Shown here: positions 28,224 to 32,000 of the stretch, one piece after another
How positions within the stretch are numbered: position 1 is the stretch's first letter
How the letters are laid out: each line of letters starts with the position of its first letter
Source: Mycobacterium leprae TN
GTDB taxonomy: Bacteria; Actinomycetota; Actinomycetes; Mycobacteriales; Mycobacteriaceae
Assembly (NCBI RefSeq): GCF_000195855.1
Contig: NC_002677.1
Location: 1,290,001 to 1,322,000 of the forward strand
DNA length: 32,000 bases
Direction of reading: 5' to 3'
The notes under the pieces: generated by a model
What the model was told of the DNA's origin: nothing
What the model saw: the letters and a program-made list of their open reading frames with translations, nothing else
The model's database searches: none
Program-made: the position numbers and the translations under genes

Positions 28224-29638
28224 ACGTACATACCGCCGGTCCTCGGCACGCTGAAAAAACCCGTCACACCGCGACTCCACAGCGTGTGCAACCCTCAGAT
28301 GACCTGTTGCGATTAGCGTCAAATGTCTGGCCGCGTAACATTACTCGAGATGAAACCGGAGTTGCTTGCATTGCGGGAAATAAACTGACCGACCTTGCCG
28401 GGGAGTATGGGACTCCGTTGTTTGTCATCGACGAAGACGACTTCCGTTTCCGTTGCCGGGAGATAGCGGCTGCATTCGGCGGTGGGGAAAATGTGCACTA
28501 TGCCGCCAAGGCCTTCTTGTGTACCGAGATAGCTCGGTGGATCGACGAAGAAGGTCTTTCTCTCGACGTGTGCAGCGGCGGTGAGTTGGCCGTTGCGCTG
28601 CATGCTTCTTTTCCACCAGAGCGTATTAGCTTGCACGGTAACAACAAATCGGTAGCAGAGTTGAAAGATGCAGTCAAAGCCGGAGTGGGCTATATCGTTT
28701 TAGACTCGACGACCGAAATCGAGCGCCTCGATGCCATCGCGGGCGAAGCGGGCATCGTCCAAGATGTCTTGGTGCGCCTGACTGTCGGTGTAGAGGCGCA
28801 CACTCATGAGTTCATCGCCACTGCACATGAAGATCAAAAATTCGGGCTGTCGGTTGCCAGCGGTGCGGCGATGGCTGCGGTCCGCCGGGTATTCGCAACC
28901 GATAATCTGCGACTGGTTGGGCTGCACAGCCACATCGGTTCGCAGATCTTCGATGTCGCCGGCTTCGAACTTGCTGCACACCGTGTCATCGGCCTACTGT
29001 GCGATATTGTCGGCGAGTTTGATCCGGAGAAGACAGCCCAGCTATCGATCGTCGACCTCGGTGGTGGCCTGGGGATCTCGTACTTGCCGGATGACGACCC
29101 ACCGCCGATATTCGAGCTGGCGGCCAAGCTGGGCGCTATCGTGAGCAACGAGTCAGCCGCCGTGGGGCTGCCGGTGCCTAAGTTGATGGTCGAACCCGGA
29201 CGCGCCATCGCCGGACCGGGCACCATCACGTTGTATGAGGTCGGCACTATTAAGGACGTCGACGTGAGTGCTACCGCGCACCGGCGCTACGTCAGCATCG
29301 ATGGGGGGATGAGCGACAACATCCGCACAGCGCTTTACGACGCGCAATATGACGTCCGACTTGTCTCGAGAACTAGCGATGCGCCAGCGGCACCTGCCAG
29401 CATCGTCGGAAAGCATTGCGAAAGTGGCGATATCGTTGTACGTGACACCTGGGTTCCTGACGACTTGAAACCCGGCGACCTGGTTGGGGTGGCCGCAACC
29501 GGGGCCTACTGCTATTCGTTGTCAAGTCGTTACAACATGCTCGGCCGCCCCGCTGTGGTTGCGGTGTGCGCGGGGCAAGCTCGTCTGATCCTGCGCCGGG
29601 AGACGGTTGACGATCTGCTGAGTCTGGAAGTGAGGTGA
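28220..29638 (+). CDS. lysA: Diaminopimelate decarboxylase
   Basis: The ORF is tracked from 28151. A GTG at 28220 overlaps the argS stop (GTGA) and gives 472 aa. Motifs: PLP-lysine [33 protein letters not shown] later start is possible (see findings). Confidence 0.9.
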   Translation: MNVHTAGPRHAEKTRHTATPQRVQPSDDLLRLASNVWPRNITRDETGVACIAGNKLTDLAGEYGTPLFVIDEDDFRFRCREIAAAFGGGENVHYAAKAFLCTEIARWIDEEGLSLDVCSGGELAVALHASFPPERISLHGNNKSVAELKDAVKAGVGYIVLDSTTEIERLDAIAGEAGIVQDVLVRLTVGVEAHTHEFIATAHEDQKFGLSVASGAAMAAVRRVFATDNLRLVGLHSHIGSQIFDVAGFELAAHRVIGLLCDIVGEFDPEKTAQLSIVDLGGGLGISYLPDDDPPPIFELAAKLGAIVSNESAAVGLPVPKLMVEPGRAIAGPGTITLYEVGTIKDVDVSATAHRRYVSIDGGMSDNIRTALYDAQYDVRLVSRTSDAPAAPASIVGKHCESGDIVVRDTWVPDDLKPGDLVGVAATGAYCYSLSSRYNMLGRPAVVAVCAGQARLILRRETVDDLLSLEVR

Positions 29639-29641
29639 CCT

Positions 29642-30967
29642 GTGTTCAGTGATGAAAGGACGGTCGGTGTAGCGGTACTCGGGTTGGGCAATGTCGGCAG
29701 CGAAGTTGTTCGCATTATCGAGGGCAGCGCTGACGACCTCGCGGCTCGTATCGGCGCTCCATTGATGCTGCGTGGCATCGGGGTGCGTCGTGTCGCCGTC
29801 GACCGGGGTGTTCCGGTCGATTTGTTGACCGACAACATTGAAGAACTCGTCTCCCGTGCGGACGTCGACATTGTCGTTGAAGTGATGGGACCAGTTGAGC
29901 TGTCTCGCAAGGCGATCTTGTCAGCGCTCGAACATGGCAAGTCTGTCGTCACGGCGAACAAGGCGTTGCTTGCCGCCTCCACTGGTGAATTGGCGCAGGC
30001 TGCCGAAAGTGCGCATGTCGACTTGTATTTTGAAGCTGCAGTAGCAGGTGCCATCCCGGTAATCCGCCCATTAACCCAGTCACTGGCCGGTGACACCGTG
30101 CTGCGGGTGGCTGGTATTGTGAACGGTACCACCAACTACATCTTGTCTGCGATGGACAGCACCGGTGCCGACTACGACAGCGCGCTGGCCGGTGCGAGAG
30201 CGCTCGGCTACGCCGAAGCCGATCCCACCGCGGACGTCGAAGGCCATGACGCTGCGGCTAAGGCCGCGATCCTGGCATCGATCGCTTTCCACACTCGGGT
30301 AACCGCCGATGATGTCTATCGCGAGGGCATCACCAAGATCACTCCGGCCGACTTCGTGTCGGCGCGGGCGTTAGGTTGCACCATTAAGCTGCTGTTCATT
30401 TGCGAGCGCATTACCGCCGCCGATGGCCAGCAACGAGTTTCGGCCCGCGTTTATCCTGCATTGGTCCCCATGTCACATCCGCTTGCCACGGTCAGCGGAG
30501 CGTTCAACGCCGTGGTGGTGGAGGCTGAGGCCGCCGGGCGGCTGATGTTCTACGGCCAGGGCGCCGGTGGTGCTCCTACCGCGTCGGCGGTGACTGGTGA
30601 CTTGGTAATGGCGGCGCGCAACCGAGTGCTCGGCAGTCGCGGTCCAAAAGAATCCAAGTATGCTCAATTGCCTATGGAAACAATAGGTTTCATTTCTACT
30701 CGATATTACGTGAGCATGAATGTAGCCGACAAGCCTGGTGTATTATCAGGGGTAGCAGCAGAATTCGCCAAGCGCGAAGTGAGCATCGCCGAAGTTCGTC
30801 AAGAAGGTGTGGTGGATGACGGCGGACGACGGGTGGGAGCCCGTATTGTAGTGGTCACTCATGGCGCCACCGACGCCGCGCTCTCCGAAACCGTCGATGC
30901 GTTGGCTGACTTAGACGTCGTGCAGGGTGTCACAAGTGTGTTGCGACTGGAAGGAATCAGCCTGTGA
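29642..30967 (+). CDS. hom: Homoserine dehydrogenase
   Basis: 441-aa ORF with a GTG start 3 nt after the lysA stop. Features: NAD-binding [17 protein letters not shown], and a C-terminal ACT domain ([28 protein letters not shown]). Collinear with remembered M. tuberculosis ThrA/Hom. Confidence 0.95.
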   Translation: MFSDERTVGVAVLGLGNVGSEVVRIIEGSADDLAARIGAPLMLRGIGVRRVAVDRGVPVDLLTDNIEELVSRADVDIVVEVMGPVELSRKAILSALEHGKSVVTANKALLAASTGELAQAAESAHVDLYFEAAVAGAIPVIRPLTQSLAGDTVLRVAGIVNGTTNYILSAMDSTGADYDSALAGARALGYAEADPTADVEGHDAAAKAAILASIAFHTRVTADDVYREGITKITPADFVSARALGCTIKLLFICERITAADGQQRVSARVYPALVPMSHPLATVSGAFNAVVVEAEAAGRLMFYGQGAGGAPTASAVTGDLVMAARNRVLGSRGPKESKYAQLPMETIGFISTRYYVSMNVADKPGVLSGVAAEFAKREVSIAEVRQEGVVDDGGRRVGARIVVVTHGATDAALSETVDALADLDVVQGVTSVLRLEGISL

Positions 30968-32000
30968 GCGGCCAGCAGACGACCACCCACCAGCCTTGGC
31001 CGGGTGTGATCGCAGCGTACCGAGACCGACTACCAGTGGGCGACGATTGGACCCCGGTTACCTTGCTAGAAGGTGGCACGCCGCTCATTGCTGCGCCCAG
31101 ACTCTCCGAACAGACTGGCTGCACGATTCACCTCAAGGTAGAGGGCCTCAACCCCACCGGCTCCTTCAAAGACAGGGGCATGACGATGGCGGTGACCGAT
31201 GCACTGGCCCGCGGGCAACGTGCCGTGTTATGCGCGTCGACGGGAAACACCTCGGCGTCGGCGGCGGCATACGCTGCCCGCGCCGGTATTACCTGTGCGG
31301 TGCTAATTCCGCAGGGTAAAATTGCGATGGGCAAGCTCGCACAGGCGGTCATGCATGGAGCCAAGATCATTCAGATCGACGGCAACTTCGACGATTGCCT
31401 GGAACTGGCTCGTAAAATGGCTGCTGATTTCCCGATGATCTCGTTGGTCAACTCGGTTAACCCGGTGCGAATCGAAGGTCAAAAGACAGCGGTGTTCGAG
31501 ATCGTTGACGCGCTAGGCACCGCACCACACGTGCATGCCCTTCCGGTCGGCAACGCTGGGAACATCACTGCGTACTGGAAAGGATACACCGAATATCACG
31601 CTGATGGTCTGATCGACAGACTGCCTAGGATGTTGGGTACTCAGGCCGCGGGCGCGGCTCCCCTGGTACTCGGCGAGCCTGTGAGCCATCCCGAAACCAT
31701 CGCTACTGCGATCCGCATTGGCTCGCCGGCGTCATGGACGTCGGCTGTCGAAGCCCAGCAGCAATCCAAGGGACGATTCCTGGCCGCGACGGATGAGGAG
31801 ATTCTGGCTGCATACCATCTGGTGGCACGTGCTGAAGGCGTCTTCGTCGAACCCGCATCGGCGGCCAGCATCGCCGGCCTCCTCAAGGCCATCGATGGTG
31901 GCTGGGTGGCTCGTGGGTCAACGGTGGTGTGTACGATAACCGGCAACGGTCTGAAGGATCCCGACACGGCGTTGAAGGATATGCCGAGCGTCTCCCCAGT
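30964..32000 (+). CDS. thrC: Threonine synthase (5' 345 codons; continues beyond the right edge)
   Basis: GTG 30964 overlaps the hom stop (GTGA). My translation: [41 protein letters not shown]...[14 protein letters not shown] (PLP lysine)...ends ..LKDMPSVSP at the window edge. It is not in the ORF track because it has no stop in the window. Confidence 0.95.
   Translation, partial: MSGQQTTTHQPWPGVIAAYRDRLPVGDDWTPVTLLEGGTPLIAAPRLSEQTGCTIHLKVEGLNPTGSFKDRGMTMAVTDALARGQRAVLCASTGNTSASAAAYAARAGITCAVLIPQGKIAMGKLAQAVMHGAKIIQIDGNFDDCLELARKMAADFPMISLVNSVNPVRIEGQKTAVFEIVDALGTAPHVHALPVGNAGNITAYWKGYTEYHADGLIDRLPRMLGTQAAGAAPLVLGEPVSHPETIATAIRIGSPASWTSAVEAQQQSKGRFLAATDEEILAAYHLVARAEGVFVEPASAASIAGLLKAIDGGWVARGSTVVCTITGNGLKDPDTALKDMPSVSP

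Noticed and set aside
26943-30135. Long antisense ORFs inside argS, lysA and hom (e.g. 26943-27578 -, 28834-29247 -, 29530-30135 -), plus similar ones in the SbcC-like and opp genes
   Set aside because: These are typical high-GC shadow ORFs opposite strongly supported genes. Their products are Arg/Ala/Pro/Gly-rich and have no motifs.
1-32000. CRISPR arrays, rRNA genes, prophage or defence-island signatures
   Set aside because: I found no regularly spaced direct repeats, no rRNA-like sequence, and no intact integrase, toxin-antitoxin or restriction genes when reading both strands and the ORF track.

Overview
This window looks like a Mycobacterium leprae-type chromosome segment. Gene order matches what I recall of M. 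tuberculosis Rv1273c to Rv1295, and pseudogene density is very high. All homology calls rest on my own translation and remembered protein families; no search was run.

Intact genes, left to right:
- a partial fused ABC exporter (-)
- the lipoprotein pair lprB and lprC (+)
- a SixA-type histidine phosphatase (-)
- a translationally coupled SbcD-like nuclease and SbcC/SMC-like ATPase pair (+)
- the oppBCDA oligopeptide importer operon (-)
- tRNA-Arg(CCG) (-)
- the coupled argS-lysA-hom-thrC block (+, thrC runs off the right edge)

Decayed DNA:
- a REP13E12/DUF222 HNH-endonuclease pseudogene at 3.3-4.5 kb
- a probable GMC-oxidoreductase remnant at 8.9-9.7 kb
- a ~10.5 kb stretch (15.3-26.1 kb) with no convincing intact gene

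In that stretch I can read wrecks of canA, cysD/cysN, an SRPBCC protein, a Nudix hydrolase, a PPOX-like protein, an NAD-epimerase, several universal-stress-protein (USP) domains and an rve-type transposase.

I saw no rRNA, no CRISPR array and no clear defence island. The most under-characterised intact unit is the SbcD/SbcC-like pair, which has non-canonical catalytic motifs and no zinc hook. Several long perfect hairpins and short simple-sequence tracts sit in the non-coding or decayed DNA.
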